NCBI GenBank assembly: GCA_963676565.1
Contig: OY781089.1
Coordinates: forward strand, 352,001-416,000
DNA length: 64,000 nt
Source of the DNA: Halarcobacter sp.
GTDB lineage: Bacteria > Campylobacterota > Campylobacteria > Campylobacterales > Arcobacteraceae
Direction: 5' to 3'
Of this stretch, positions 50,184-61,380 are shown one piece after another. Every line of letters begins with the position of its first letter. The first letter of the stretch is position 1. Position numbers and translations under genes: made by a program. The notes under the pieces were generated by a model. The model was not told the origin of the DNA, made no database searches, and saw only the letters and a list, made by a program, of their open reading frames with translations.

Positions 50184-52118
50184 TTACTTTGCAATACCAA
50201 ATGCCACACTAAGCACTAGTAATACAGTAATACCAACAACCATCAATCTTAATGCAGTTGATAAATTTCCACTTTGAATAGGCCTACTTGCCTCACCACT
50301 TTTATAAATAACTTTTGCAATTCCATCAACGATAGCATCAACAATTTTAAGATCGATATTTTTCCATGAAAATTTAGAAAGTGCTAAATATGGTTTGTTG
50401 ATAACATTTTCAATAAAATGAGGCATAAAATATTGATTTGCTAAAATTTTATAACAAGGTCTATGCTTAAACTTTTCACTAAAGTATTTACCATCTTTTC
50501 TAAATTTAATAACAGCAAAAGCTATACCACCTAAGGCAATTCCAAGTGTTATTACAATCAAAATCCAAAGTGTTGCATTACTTACATGAACTTCAAGTTC
50601 TGGTAAAACCTTTGTAACCATCTCGATAAATGGTGCCTTAAAGAATCCTGCAATAACAGCTAAAATAGCAAGTGGAGTCATTGCAGCAATTACATATGGA
50701 TATGTTTCGTGTGGATGATAATTAAATTTCTTGAAATTTTCTTCCCCATGGAATACATACATAACAAGTCTAAATGAATAAAAAGCAGTTAACCCAGCAG
50801 TTAACCATAAAATTGCCCATAAAATATATGAATGGTGTCCAAAGGCAACTTCTAAAATTAAATCTTTTGAGAAGAAACCTGAAAGTGGGAAGATACCAGC
50901 TAAAGCAACAGAAGCAACTGTCATAATAATTGAAGTTCCTTTCATATGCTTATGAAGTCCACCCATATTTTTAATATTAATCTCATCATTAAGTGCATGC
51001 ATCACATTACCAGCACCTAAGAATAGAACTGATTTAAAGAAGGCGTGAGTAGCAAGATGAAAAAGAGCAACCCAATAAGCTCCAAGACCAGCTGCAACAA
51101 ACATATAACCAAGTTGAGATAATGTTGAGAATGCAATGATTTTTTTAATATTAGTTGCAACAAGTGCCATTGAAGCTGCTCCAATTGCTACTAATGCTCC
51201 TAAACAAGCTATAAAATATCCAACCTCTGGAACAATTACAAAAATCTCATTTGCTCTAATTACTAAATAAACCCCAGCTGTAACCATAGTTGCAGCGTGA
51301 ATTAGTGCAGAAACAGGAGTAGGTCCTTCCATTGCATTTGCAAGCCATTGATTAAATGGAAATTGTGCTGATTTACCCATAGCACCAATAAAAAGAAATA
51401 TTCCAATTGCAACTATAATTGAAGTATCTAAACTCCCAATATTTGCGAAAACTTCATCATATTGTAAACTTCCAAGATTCCAATAGATTAAGAATAATCC
51501 AACCAACATTCCAAGGTCAGCAATTCTATTTGTAATAAAAGCTTCATTTGCTGCAAAACTAGGACTTATTGACGAAAATGGTGATAAAGTTGAAAATGGT
51601 GATTTATAAATATCATCAGATTTTTCCCTATCAGCAACATGGTACCAAAATCCAATTAGTCCCCAAGAACAAAGTCCAACACCTTCCCATCCAATAAATA
51701 ATCCAGCAAAGTTATCTGACATAACTAAAATCATCATTGAAAATACGAAAGCTGAAAGCCAAGCAAAAAATCTATTAAATGATTTATCATGATCCATATA
51801 ACCAATTGAATGGATATGAACCATAGTTGAAACAATTGTTACTACAACCATCATCACAACGCTTACTTGATCAACAACAAAACCAAATGGGATATCTAAG
51901 TTTCCTATTTGTATCCAATCAAGCATTCTTACATGAACAATTGCTTCTGTTGAATAAACATATTGAAGTAATACCAATGAAGCTATCATTGAAACTGCCA
52001 GTAAAGCAGATGTGATAATTCCTGTAAAAAGCATTTTAGGTCTGTTTGAAAAACAAGCCGCAATCAATGAACCTAAAAGAGGGGCAAAAAGTGCAATATA
52101 TAAATATTTTTCCATCAT
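50184..52118 (-). CDS. nuoL: NADH-quinone oxidoreductase subunit L
   Basis: GWEGVGLCS, GKSAQFP...AMEGPTPVSALIHAATMVTAG, STLSQLG, HAFFK. Confidence 0.97.
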   Translation of the reverse strand: MMEKYLYIALFAPLLGSLIAACFSNRPKMLFTGIITSALLAVSMIASLVLLQYVYSTEAIVHVRMLDWIQIGNLDIPFGFVVDQVSVVMMVVVTIVSTMVHIHSIGYMDHDKSFNRFFAWLSAFVFSMMILVMSDNFAGLFIGWEGVGLCSWGLIGFWYHVADREKSDDIYKSPFSTLSPFSSISPSFAANEAFITNRIADLGMLVGLFLIYWNLGSLQYDEVFANIGSLDTSIIVAIGIFLFIGAMGKSAQFPFNQWLANAMEGPTPVSALIHAATMVTAGVYLVIRANEIFVIVPEVGYFIACLGALVAIGAASMALVATNIKKIIAFSTLSQLGYMFVAAGLGAYWVALFHLATHAFFKSVLFLGAGNVMHALNDEINIKNMGGLHKHMKGTSIIMTVASVALAGIFPLSGFFSKDLILEVAFGHHSYILWAILWLTAGLTAFYSFRLVMYVFHGEENFKKFNYHPHETYPYVIAAMTPLAILAVIAGFFKAPFIEMVTKVLPELEVHVSNATLWILIVITLGIALGGIAFAVIKFRKDGKYFSEKFKHRPCYKILANQYFMPHFIENVINKPYLALSKFSWKNIDLKIVDAIVDGIAKVIYKSGEASRPIQSGNLSTALRLMVVGITVLLVLSVAFGIAK

Positions 52119-52417
52119 TAGCCCTTCATACTTTGTAAACTATCTAAATCAATAGTACCAGTTTTCTTGTACCAAAGAATCAATAATCCAAGACCAATGG
52201 CAACCTCACTTGCCGCAATTGCAACAATAAAAAAGGCGAACATTTGACCTGTTAAATCTCCATGAAACTTAGAAATTGCGGCAAATCCAACATTTACTGC
52301 ATTTAACATAATCTCTGTAGAGAAAAATAACATAAGTAAATTTTTTCTTTTAATAACACCGACCATACCTATTAAAAATAACACAGCCGAAAGTATAAGG
52401 TATGCGTTTAAACTCAT
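52118..52417 (-). CDS. nuoK: NADH-quinone oxidoreductase subunit K
   Basis: EIMLNAVN, AIAASEVAIGLGL. Confidence 0.95.
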   Translation of the reverse strand: MSLNAYLILSAVLFLIGMVGVIKRKNLLMLFFSTEIMLNAVNVGFAAISKFHGDLTGQMFAFFIVAIAASEVAIGLGLLILWYKKTGTIDLDSLQSMKG

Positions 52418-52989
52418 TTATTATCCTTTGCCAATGTTTCTTTTTCTAATGAATCAATCTCTTCTTCACTTAAATCAGAATATGAAACATCCATTTTCTT
52501 ACCAGCTAAAATAATCCCACCAATCATTGCAACAAGTAACATAACTGCTGCAACCTCAAAAGGAATAAGATATTTAGTAAATAAAACAATACCAACATCT
52601 TGTGTATTTCCCCATTCAGGGTGAACTGGATATTGTGCTTCAATATTACTTCCAATAATTGGACTTACAAAGATTAGTACAATAATCAAGGCACTAATTC
52701 CTGTTAATAAAAATACCAATCTAGGATTATTAACTTTTTCTTTTACAGTTGATAGTGAATCGAAGAACATCATACCAAAGGCATATAAAGCCATAACAGC
52801 CCCTGTATAAACCACAATTTGCACTGCACCCAAGAAATCAGCATCTAATAAAAAGAAGAAAGCTGAAATAAAAATCATTCCTGCTGCCAAAGAACTTAAG
52901 GCATACAATGAATTATTTGTAAACACTGTTATAGAAAACATAACAATTGTTAAAATTGAAAATAGATAAAAAGCTACTATCTCAAACAT
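52414..52989 (-). CDS. nuoJ: NADH-quinone oxidoreductase subunit J
   Basis: QIVVYTGAV, YLIPFEVAAVMLLVAMIG. Confidence 0.95.
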   Translation of the reverse strand: MFEIVAFYLFSILTIVMFSITVFTNNSLYALSSLAAGMIFISAFFFLLDADFLGAVQIVVYTGAVMALYAFGMMFFDSLSTVKEKVNNPRLVFLLTGISALIIVLIFVSPIIGSNIEAQYPVHPEWGNTQDVGIVLFTKYLIPFEVAAVMLLVAMIGGIILAGKKMDVSYSDLSEEEIDSLEKETLAKDNK

Positions 52990-52998
52990 TTCCCCTCC

Positions 52999-53622
52999 TT
53001 AATAAGACAATGGAGTCTTCTTGATTTTTTCATCTGCATCAGGAGATACAGCACCAAAACCAGGATACTCTTTTTGTTGTTTTAATTTATCAAGAGGAGT
53101 TAATAAATCCTCTTTTAAAACAAAGTGAGCTCTTTGCTCACTTGCATTTTCATATCTTCCACCATGAACAATTGCTAACTCAGGGCAAACCTCAGCACAA
53201 TATCCACAGAAAATACATCTACCCATATTGATTGTATACTCCATCACTTCTTTTCTAGAGTTTTCATCAATTTTTGTATCCATTCTAATACAATCAGCAA
53301 TACAGATTTTCTCACATAAACCACAACCAATACATCTGTTTTCACCAGATTCTAAAAGTCCAAGAAGTTTATGAACTGCTCTATATCTAGGTCCTAGAGG
53401 AGCCTTTTCAATTGGATATTGAATTGTATGCATCTCATTTTTAAATAATGCTCCAGTCATCATCTTCCAAACAATTTTCAAACCTCCAAAAAGTTCAAGT
53501 TTTACTGATCTTTTTGAAACTTGTTTAAATTGTTCCCAGGGAGTTTTTGGATAATCATCTTCTAAAACATTGATATAGTCTCCCATACTAATGTTTCTAT
53601 CTTTTAGTTTTTCTAAACTCAT
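52999..53622 (-). CDS. nuoI: NADH-quinone oxidoreductase subunit I
   Basis: [11 protein letters not shown] and [12 protein letters not shown] ferredoxin motifs; TIQYP.E. Confidence 0.96.
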   Translation of the reverse strand: MSLEKLKDRNISMGDYINVLEDDYPKTPWEQFKQVSKRSVKLELFGGLKIVWKMMTGALFKNEMHTIQYPIEKAPLGPRYRAVHKLLGLLESGENRCIGCGLCEKICIADCIRMDTKIDENSRKEVMEYTINMGRCIFCGYCAEVCPELAIVHGGRYENASEQRAHFVLKEDLLTPLDKLKQQKEYPGFGAVSPDADEKIKKTPLSY

Positions 53623-53631
53623 TCACGACTC

Positions 53632-54624
53632 CTAAAACATCATTACAAAACCAGTAATTAAGATATTAATCACTGCTAATGGCATTAAGATTTTCCAACA
53701 TAACCACATCAATTGGTCAGGTCTAATATGTGGCCAAGAAGCTCTTGTCCATAAAAAGAAGAAAATCAAAAACATAACTTTTAAAATAATTGCAAGTCCA
53801 CCAGGGATAAACCAAAGGTCGTTATATCCACCTAAAAACACTAATGAAATTAAGAAACATATTGTAAATAAGTTTGCATACTCACCAATAAAAAACATAC
53901 CCCATCTAAGACCTGAATACTCAGTTGCATAACCTGCAACAATTTCAGCTTCATGCTCTAAAAGGTCAAAAGGAGTTCTATTTGTTTCAGCAAATCCTGA
54001 AATAACAAAAAGAACAAAAGCTAAAGGTTGAGTCCAAATAAACCAATCTCCTAAACCTCCTGCTTGTGCATCGTTTATATCAATCAAAGATAAACTTCCA
54101 ACAATCATTAATGGAGCAAGTAAAGAAAGTCCAGATACAACCTCATAAGATAAAAGTTGAATAGCAGTTCTAGCACCACCAAGAAGTGACCATTTATTAG
54201 CACTACTCATACCACCTAGAAGTGGTCCATAAAGTCCAATAGAAGCAACCCCCATTACAAATAAAATACCAACATTTACATCTGAAATAATTGGTCTAAC
54301 TGTATATCCAAATAGTTCAAATTCAGGGAAAAAAGGAATTGCTGTCATAGCGATAAAAGCAGTTGCTGCTGTAATAATTGGTGCAATCATAAATACAGGT
54401 TTAGCTGCATTTTGTGGGATAAAGTCCTCTTTTGTAAAAAGTTTAATTCCATCTGCTGCAAGTTGTAAAACACCATGGGGTCCAACATGCATAGGTCCTA
54501 GTCTTCTTTGCATAAAAGCAAGAACTTTTCTTTCGATATATGTTGTAAAACCTGCTAATGCAGAAAATACTGCTAAAACTACTACAGCTTTTACAATGGT
54601 TTCAATAATAAATCCTGTCTCCAT
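53632..54624 (-). CDS. nuoH: NADH-quinone oxidoreductase subunit H
   Basis: ERKVLAFMQRRLGP, ADGIKLFTKE, AETNRTPFDL.E.E.E. Confidence 0.97.
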   Translation of the reverse strand: METGFIIETIVKAVVVLAVFSALAGFTTYIERKVLAFMQRRLGPMHVGPHGVLQLAADGIKLFTKEDFIPQNAAKPVFMIAPIITAATAFIAMTAIPFFPEFELFGYTVRPIISDVNVGILFVMGVASIGLYGPLLGGMSSANKWSLLGGARTAIQLLSYEVVSGLSLLAPLMIVGSLSLIDINDAQAGGLGDWFIWTQPLAFVLFVISGFAETNRTPFDLLEHEAEIVAGYATEYSGLRWGMFFIGEYANLFTICFLISLVFLGGYNDLWFIPGGLAIILKVMFLIFFFLWTRASWPHIRPDQLMWLCWKILMPLAVINILITGFVMMF

Positions 54625-54625
54625 A

Positions 54626-57136
54626 TTACGCCTTTTTTATTACAGCTTTACTGTATCTATATTCCTCAAATAAACTTTTAGTAGCTAAATCTTTTTGGAA
54701 GGTTGAAACATATGCAATTTCACCATCAATTTGTTCATCACAATAAGCATTTAACTCTAAAGAAGTTCCATTTGAAGAAACATTAACCTTGTCACCTTTT
54801 TCTAATCCAAGTTTTTCAAATAATGATTTTGAAGCAAAAAATCCAGATTCTAAATCTTCTACAAACTCATGGGCAATTGATGTAAACTCATTGAATTGAT
54901 TTATTGGATTAGCTCTATAGATAATCATTTCATCTTCATTTAAATCTAAAGTTTTACTTGTAGCCTCATCTAACTCTTCAACAATAAAAGAACTATTTAT
55001 ACCCTCTTGAAGTTTTTTCTCTTCAACAATTTCAACAGGTAAAATATCATATCCTCTATATTCAACTCTATTGTTTCCAAAATGGTTTGATAATTTGTCA
55101 AAATGGATGGCACTGAAACCTTTTTTCTCAGGTAGTTCGATTGTATATTCGATTGTATATTCAACATCCGTATCAAGTACAGCATTTGCAATATCATTTA
55201 AAACATAACCTTTATAGCCAATTGCAACATTTGTTGGAATCACTTTTTTATCAATATTTGTGAAAGTTCCCTCTTGCTGATTTAATGCAGGCATATCTAA
55301 ATCACCATCGCCTAAGGCACTAATTTGGAAGTCTGCTTTTTCGTTGTATCCAACTGAATACCCACTTGCATCTTCTTCTAAATCACAAAGTAAACTAACT
55401 CCAAGTGTATTTGTTTGGCTAGGGATAATTACAATATCAAAATCTGTAAATCTATCAATTAAACCACAAAGTTTTGCTAAGTTTTCAGCTTTTGGATGAG
55501 TATATAAATCCTCCCCAACCATTAATGAGAATTTATCTTTTTTAGCTAATAAAACATCAATAGCATCTAGTAGCGTTTCATCTTTACCTATATTTTCAAG
55601 TAATTTTGTAAACTCAAATTCTACTTCTTTTGAAACTTTTTTAGGAACTACTTTTTTAACTTCTTTTTCTTCACCTGTTTCTTCATCTTTTACTATATTA
55701 ACAACAGTCTCTTTTACTGTTTCAGTAATAGTTTTTGTTCTTGTTTCTTTTAAACTATCAAGGTATGTTTGAACATTTTGAGGTAGGTCTTTTCCAAACT
55801 TATCCAAAATCAGATATAAAATTGATTCTTCACAAAGTGGTTTATGGTAAACAAACTCTGTTGTTTTACCTTTTTTCCCAATCTTTTCTATAACTGGGTC
55901 AGCTATTGGATGAAAATAAATTCCTGCCCCTTTATTCATAATCACTGAATTATTAAAAGCATATCTTGCATTTGGTAAGTCTGATTTTAGATATGACCCT
56001 ACTGAGATTACAAAGTTTGAATCATGAACATCTTTTAATGTTGAGCTATATAAAGATTGACCTGAAGTGCTTGAATAATTTTCTAAGAATTTTTTATAAT
56101 TATATGCATCTTTATTTACAAGTTTTGCACCAGTTTTTGAAGCAATTTTTTGTAAAATAAAAGCTTCTTCATTTGTAATATATGAATTAAACTTTATAAC
56201 TTCTGCTTTTTTGAAAGCTTCAACAGCATTGTTAAAAGCTTCCTCATCTTTACCACCAACTTTATTTTCAAAATCGTAAGCAAATCTTGCTGCACCATTT
56301 AAAGTTGAATAATGATGTTCATTTGTAACTCTATAAATTTTTTCATCTGAGTTTTCAATTGATTCATGTTTTGTTTCATAATACATAAAAGCACAATCAC
56401 TTGAATGTGGGTTTGCTGCTGGAATTTTATTTAACTCCCATGCATTTGATTTATATTGAAAATCTGCACTTACAAGTGCTCCAACTGGACAAACAGAGAT
56501 ACATTCACCACAGTCTGTACAATTTTCTTCTTCAAATCCAATAAGTGATTTATTAAGTTTATTCCACATCGAATACGCATCTTTAGGCATAGTATCTTTG
56601 AATACTTTATCAATACCATCTGAGTCTCTTTTTACAGTACTTAAAGCATTTGAACCAATCATATCTTTACATACTGTTACACATTTTTCACAAACAATAC
56701 AAAGTCCAGGGTCATATTTCATTACTCCCCAAACTGCTGCTGGTCTATCAACATCTTTTATAGTATAGTTTTGAGAATCTACTTTCATGTATAATGAGTA
56801 ATTTTGAAGTTCACACTCACCACTTTGATCACAAACTCCACATTGTAAAGGGTGATTTACATCGTAAACTTCCATTATTGCTCTTCTTTCTTTAGCAATA
56901 TTTTCAGTTTGAGTTAAAACATTTATTCCCTCTTTTACTTTTGTATTACATGAATAGGCTTGTTTCCCATCTATGTCAACAAGGCAAAGTCTACATGCTA
57001 AAGTTGGAGAACATCTAGTTAAGTAACAAACAGCTGGGATAAAAATATCATTTGCCCTTGCTACATTTAAAATATACTCACCCTCTTTAGCTTGAACACT
57101 CTTTCCGTCTATTGTTAATGTAATTAAATCACTCAT
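54626..57136 (-). CDS. nuoG: NADH-quinone oxidoreductase subunit G
   Basis: IPAVCY...CRLCLV, HPLQCGVCDQSGECELQ, CIVCEKCVTVC, CTDCGECISVCPVGAL. Confidence 0.95.
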   Translation of the reverse strand: MSDLITLTIDGKSVQAKEGEYILNVARANDIFIPAVCYLTRCSPTLACRLCLVDIDGKQAYSCNTKVKEGINVLTQTENIAKERRAIMEVYDVNHPLQCGVCDQSGECELQNYSLYMKVDSQNYTIKDVDRPAAVWGVMKYDPGLCIVCEKCVTVCKDMIGSNALSTVKRDSDGIDKVFKDTMPKDAYSMWNKLNKSLIGFEEENCTDCGECISVCPVGALVSADFQYKSNAWELNKIPAANPHSSDCAFMYYETKHESIENSDEKIYRVTNEHHYSTLNGAARFAYDFENKVGGKDEEAFNNAVEAFKKAEVIKFNSYITNEEAFILQKIASKTGAKLVNKDAYNYKKFLENYSSTSGQSLYSSTLKDVHDSNFVISVGSYLKSDLPNARYAFNNSVIMNKGAGIYFHPIADPVIEKIGKKGKTTEFVYHKPLCEESILYLILDKFGKDLPQNVQTYLDSLKETRTKTITETVKETVVNIVKDEETGEEKEVKKVVPKKVSKEVEFEFTKLLENIGKDETLLDAIDVLLAKKDKFSLMVGEDLYTHPKAENLAKLCGLIDRFTDFDIVIIPSQTNTLGVSLLCDLEEDASGYSVGYNEKADFQISALGDGDLDMPALNQQEGTFTNIDKKVIPTNVAIGYKGYVLNDIANAVLDTDVEYTIEYTIELPEKKGFSAIHFDKLSNHFGNNRVEYRGYDILPVEIVEEKKLQEGINSSFIVEELDEATSKTLDLNEDEMIIYRANPINQFNEFTSIAHEFVEDLESGFFASKSLFEKLGLEKGDKVNVSSNGTSLELNAYCDEQIDGEIAYVSTFQKDLATKSLFEEYRYSKAVIKKA

Positions 57137-57951
57137 TATGCATCAACCTTTTCAATCTTTACTTGTTTATACCTATAACCTTGAGATAAGCTACTAGAAT
57201 CTTCAGTATCCATTGCACATAAAGCAATGGTTCCATATAAATCTTTATTAACTGAAAATTTTCTTCTAATCTTTTCACCATTAAAATTTATATATATTTC
57301 ATCACCATCTTTTACTTTTGCAATTCTCTCAAAAGATGCACTTCCAACTAAAGTATCAGTATTTTCTTCCCCATAAAGTCTATAAATTACAGTTCCATTA
57401 TATGAGTGTAATTCTTCAGGTTCTTCTAAAGATTCATCAGAAAGTTCATCTAAAATATCTTGATACTCTTTTTCTAAACAAACTATTTTTAAATCAGAAA
57501 ACTTTCCTATCGCAGATAAGATTTTTGTAATATTTTTTACTCTTTCATGGGAAAATATATCTCTTCCAATAATCAATGTTTTATTAGTCTTTGAGTTTGT
57601 TCTTTCAAAAGCTTCTTCAAACTCTTCTTCCCCTGCAGAACTTTCAGCAGAGATATAACCAATATCTAAATCATCTATATAATTTTGAACTTTTTCATCA
57701 CTACTTTTTACAAAAGTGTCTAATAAAAGTGAAGCAATACCCTCTTCACTACCAACTTCATATTTTATAAACTGTGAATAGTAAACTTTTAAATCAATAT
57801 TATCGATTGGATGCATATAAACAAATTCTGCTGTATTTTTAGCAATTGCTTCGATAATAGCTTCTTGAATCTCAATATTATCTGCTGCTAAAAATGAACC
57901 AAAAGTGATGATATAATCACTTTTTGAAATAATCTCTTTTATATTTTCCAT
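57136..57951 (-). CDS. nuoY: Campylobacterota-type complex I subunit at the NuoF position (NuoY-like)
   Basis: Lies between the nuoX-like gene and nuoG; KYEVGSEEG and DLDIGYISAESS.GEEE; no NADH/FMN/Fe-S motifs of NuoF. Confidence 0.75.
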   Translation of the reverse strand: MENIKEIISKSDYIITFGSFLAADNIEIQEAIIEAIAKNTAEFVYMHPIDNIDLKVYYSQFIKYEVGSEEGIASLLLDTFVKSSDEKVQNYIDDLDIGYISAESSAGEEEFEEAFERTNSKTNKTLIIGRDIFSHERVKNITKILSAIGKFSDLKIVCLEKEYQDILDELSDESLEEPEELHSYNGTVIYRLYGEENTDTLVGSASFERIAKVKDGDEIYINFNGEKIRRKFSVNKDLYGTIALCAMDTEDSSSLSQGYRYKQVKIEKVDA

Positions 57952-57953
57952 CT

Positions 57954-58220
57954 CTACTCTTCACTACTTTCTTCAATTGTTTTTTCTTCAGGTTTTACTT
58001 TTTTAACTACAATAGTCCAATCAACTTCATTGAACTTCAAAGAGTTCATTAAAGTGTATCCTGCTTCATAAATCACATCTGCACTTTTTTGAACACAAGA
58101 GAAATCTCCAATTTCAAAAAGGAAAATTGCATTCTCACCTGTTTTTATATCTTTATCCATAAGTTCTAACATTCTGTCATAGAAGTTATCTTTTAATGGT
58201 CTTAAATCATATCTTTTCAT
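57954..58220 (-). CDS. nuoX: Campylobacterota-type complex I small subunit at the NuoE position (NuoX-like)
   Basis: MKRYDLR..KDNFYDRM, FLFEIGDFS, NSLKFNEVDW; follows nuoD. Confidence 0.8.
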   Translation of the reverse strand: MKRYDLRPLKDNFYDRMLELMDKDIKTGENAIFLFEIGDFSCVQKSADVIYEAGYTLMNSLKFNEVDWTIVVKKVKPEEKTIEESSEE

Positions 58221-58235
58221 TTATAACTCCTATAC

Positions 58236-59465
58236 TTAACGGTCAATTTCACCAAATACAATGTTTAAACTACCAACCATAGTTACAACGTCAGCTAATT
58301 GGTGTCCAGGTAATAAGTCTTCAAAAATTCCTGTATGCCAAAAAGATGGAGCTCTTAATTTCATTTTATATGCATAGGGACTTCCATCACTAACAACCAT
58401 ATATCCTAATTCACCCTTTGGTGATTCTGTAGCAACATAAATCTCACCTTTAGGTGGTCTCATTCCTTGAGTTACTAAAACAAAGTGTTGCATTAATGAA
58501 TAATTTTGAGTCATAATATCTTCTTTTGAAGCTGAGATATATTCTGGTGCATTAGCCATAAGTTCACACTTACTTTCTTTGTACATAGGAATTAATTGTC
58601 TTAAAATCTTTGAAGATTCTCTCATCTCTTGCATATAACATTTATATCTTCCATAAGAATCACCCGTTGAAGCAACAGGAACATCAAAATCTAACTCATC
58701 ATAAAGTCCATAAGGCATCTCTTTTCTTAAATCCCATTTGATTCCAGAACCCCTTAAAACAACACCTGAACATGCCCAAGTTTTTGCTAATTCAGGAGAT
58801 ATAGTTCCAACATTTTCAAGTCTCATTCTCCAGATTCTATTTTCTGTTAAAAGTCCTTCATATTTTTCAATCTCTACTTCTAAGATTTGTAAAAAGTTCT
58901 CAAGTTTTTCACACCAATCTTCTGGTAAATCTAAAGGAACTCCACCTATTCTAACTGCACTATGAGTAAGTCTTGCTCCACAATAATCTTCAATTAAATC
59001 CATTGCGAATTCTCTTTCCCTAAAGGCATATAGGAAAACAGACATAGCTCCTACATCAAGAGCATGGGTTGCTAACCAAAATAGGTGAGAAGTTAATCTA
59101 TTAAGTTCTAAAAGCATAGTTCTAATAATCTCAGCTCTTCTTGGAGCTTCTATTCCTAAAAGCTTCTCAATAGCTAAGGCATAACCATAATTGTTTGAAG
59201 TTGAAGCGATATAATCCATTCTATCTGTTGTTGGTAAGAATTCATTATAAATCATATTCTCACCCATTTTCTCCATACCTCGATGAAGATATCCAACACC
59301 AGGTCTTGCTTTTACTACCTCTTCCCCTTGAAGCTCTAACATCAATCTCATTTGTCCATGAGAAGATGGGTGTTGGGGACCGAAGTTAACAATCATTGTA
59401 TTATCTTCAGTTTCAAAATGAATATTCTCAAAAAAAGGTTTTAATCTATTTGCTACTTGACTCAT
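58236..59465 (-). CDS. nuoD: NADH-quinone oxidoreductase subunit D
   Basis: [31 protein letters not shown] terminus. Confidence 0.98.
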   Translation of the reverse strand: MSQVANRLKPFFENIHFETEDNTMIVNFGPQHPSSHGQMRLMLELQGEEVVKARPGVGYLHRGMEKMGENMIYNEFLPTTDRMDYIASTSNNYGYALAIEKLLGIEAPRRAEIIRTMLLELNRLTSHLFWLATHALDVGAMSVFLYAFREREFAMDLIEDYCGARLTHSAVRIGGVPLDLPEDWCEKLENFLQILEVEIEKYEGLLTENRIWRMRLENVGTISPELAKTWACSGVVLRGSGIKWDLRKEMPYGLYDELDFDVPVASTGDSYGRYKCYMQEMRESSKILRQLIPMYKESKCELMANAPEYISASKEDIMTQNYSLMQHFVLVTQGMRPPKGEIYVATESPKGELGYMVVSDGSPYAYKMKLRAPSFWHTGIFEDLLPGHQLADVVTMVGSLNIVFGEIDR

Positions 59466-59470
59466 TTTTC

Positions 59471-60280
59471 TTACCTCTTCTCATCTAATGTAATTGATTC
59501 TTTTTCATCAAGTTTTTTGATAATTGGGATTCCACCCTCTTCTTGATAAGCTAGTGGAGTATGTTCTGGTTCTTTCCCATCAGTAATATCAACTCCATAT
59601 GGAACCTCATGACCAAGTCGTGAGAATCTTTGAGTATCATATCTATCAACTTTTGCACAATCTCTTTGTTCTGGTCCAATCACATCTCTATATTCTTTTC
59701 CAAAAATTTTATCAACTTCATACCATTGAGCTGATTCATCTCCTGTTAAAGGATATGTTTTTCTAAGTGGATAATCGTACCAATCATCAGGCATAATAAT
59801 TCTTTTCATATTTGGATGATTAGTGATTTTAACTCCATACATATCATACATTTCTCTTTCTGCCCAATTAGCCATCTTAAATACACTATAAACAGATTCA
59901 ATAGGTTGCTTTTGTCTAATAAAAGTTTTTACTCTTAATCTTTTTCTTTTTGACATTGATAACATCTCATAAAAAATTTCAAAGCCACCAAGGCTAGCAA
60001 TATAATCAATTGCCGAAATTTCCATACACATGTCATATTCTAAGTTTTCTTTTAAAAACTCTAAGACCTTTACATTGTCTTGGGCATTTATATGAATAAC
60101 CAACTCTTCAATCTCAATATAAGATTTTGAAATCTCAAATTTTTCATTTAAACTTTCAATATCTTTTGCATAAATTTCATCACTTGAAGGTTCAAATTTT
60201 GGAGTTTGTGGAGCCACATAAAATCTATCATTAAAATACGATTTCTTTTGTACATCATTTTTAGGTGTATATTTTCTCAT
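59471..60280 (-). CDS. nuoC: NADH-quinone oxidoreductase subunit C
   Basis: [15 protein letters not shown]...RI.MPDDW..YPLRK.YP. Confidence 0.95.
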   Translation of the reverse strand: MRKYTPKNDVQKKSYFNDRFYVAPQTPKFEPSSDEIYAKDIESLNEKFEISKSYIEIEELVIHINAQDNVKVLEFLKENLEYDMCMEISAIDYIASLGGFEIFYEMLSMSKRKRLRVKTFIRQKQPIESVYSVFKMANWAEREMYDMYGVKITNHPNMKRIIMPDDWYDYPLRKTYPLTGDESAQWYEVDKIFGKEYRDVIGPEQRDCAKVDRYDTQRFSRLGHEVPYGVDITDGKEPEHTPLAYQEEGGIPIIKKLDEKESITLDEKR

Positions 60281-60789
60281 TACACTAACCTTTTTTTCTT
60301 CATACTTTTAAACGCTCTTTCTCTTCTTATTTTCTTTTGAAGCATCATTAGTGCATATTGAAGTGTTTCAGGTCTAGGAGCACATCCAGGAAGATAAATA
60401 TCCACAGGTATAACTCTATCAACACCTTGAACTGTTGCATAGGTATTAAACATCCCACCTGTATTTGCGCATGATCCCATTGAGATAACCCATTTTGGAT
60501 CAGGCATTTGGTCATATAACCTTCTCATAAATTCTGCGTGTTTTTTTGTTAAAGTTCCTGCAACAATAATACAATCTGATTGTCTTGGAGAGGCTCTAAA
60601 GATTGTCCCAAATCTATCAAAGTCATATCTTGAAGCTCCCGTTGCCATCATCTCAATAGCGCAACAAGCAAGACCATATGTCATTGGCCAAACTGAATTT
60701 GATCTACCCCAATTTACAACCTTGTCAATAGTCGTAAGTGCAATAGGTGCACCCCCATCTTTAAAATAGTTTACTTTATGCTGTGCCAT
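60280..60789 (-). CDS. nuoB: NADH-quinone oxidoreductase subunit B
   Basis: [36 protein letters not shown]. Confidence 0.98.
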   Translation of the reverse strand: MAQHKVNYFKDGGAPIALTTIDKVVNWGRSNSVWPMTYGLACCAIEMMATGASRYDFDRFGTIFRASPRQSDCIIVAGTLTKKHAEFMRRLYDQMPDPKWVISMGSCANTGGMFNTYATVQGVDRVIPVDIYLPGCAPRPETLQYALMMLQKKIRRERAFKSMKKKRLV

Positions 60790-61160
60790 TCAAGAGCTCC
60801 TTTTTTCCATGCGTAAACAAATCCAATAGTCAATAATAAAATAAAAAGAATCATCTCAACAAACCCAAACCAACCTAAGACTTTAAAGTCTATTGCCCAT
60901 GGGAACATAAAGATAATTTCAATATCAAATAATATGAATAAAAGTGCCATCAAGTAAAACTGTACAGATATACTACTTGGCTGTTTAGTAACTTCAGGTC
61001 CACACTCATAAAGAGTTGACTTTAGTTTTTCAGTATCAAGCCTCGCTAACTTTCTTCCTATTCTTCTTGCAATCTCAACAACTACAATGAAAGCCCCAAA
61101 TGTAAGTACAAACATAAAAAATGCACCGAAATAGGGATGAGAGAACTCCATATGCGTCAT
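60771..61160 (-). CDS. nuoA: NADH-quinone oxidoreductase subunit A
   Basis: [28 protein letters not shown]. Confidence 0.96.
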   Translation of the reverse strand: MTHMEFSHPYFGAFFMFVLTFGAFIVVVEIARRIGRKLARLDTEKLKSTLYECGPEVTKQPSSISVQFYLMALLFILFDIEIIFMFPWAIDFKVLGWFGFVEMILFILLLTIGFVYAWKKGALEWHSIK

Positions 61161-61354
61161 CTTTAATCCTTCATTAATTTTAAAAATTACTTTTAATGAT
61201 AATATCCAATCTCCTATAAAGTAAGTCTTAATATAAGAGATTGTTATATCGTTAAGTAAATCTTTTTAATACATAAGTTTATATTATTAAGAAATTCAAT
61301 TAAGTTAATTTTAATACAGTGATATAATAATAGAATGAGAATTAAGTAATTCTT

Positions 61355-61380
61355 AAGTGGGTTTTAGAAAAATCCCACTT
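61355..61380 (-). terminator. Hairpin overlapping the AAA ATPase stop codon
   Basis: AAGTGGG...CCCACTT stem with internal T/A pairing; no clear U-tail. Confidence 0.4.

Noticed and set aside
57136..58220. Missing nuoE/nuoF as pseudogenisation of complex I
   Set aside because: Intact NuoX/NuoY-like ORFs occupy those positions, which is normal for Campylobacterota.
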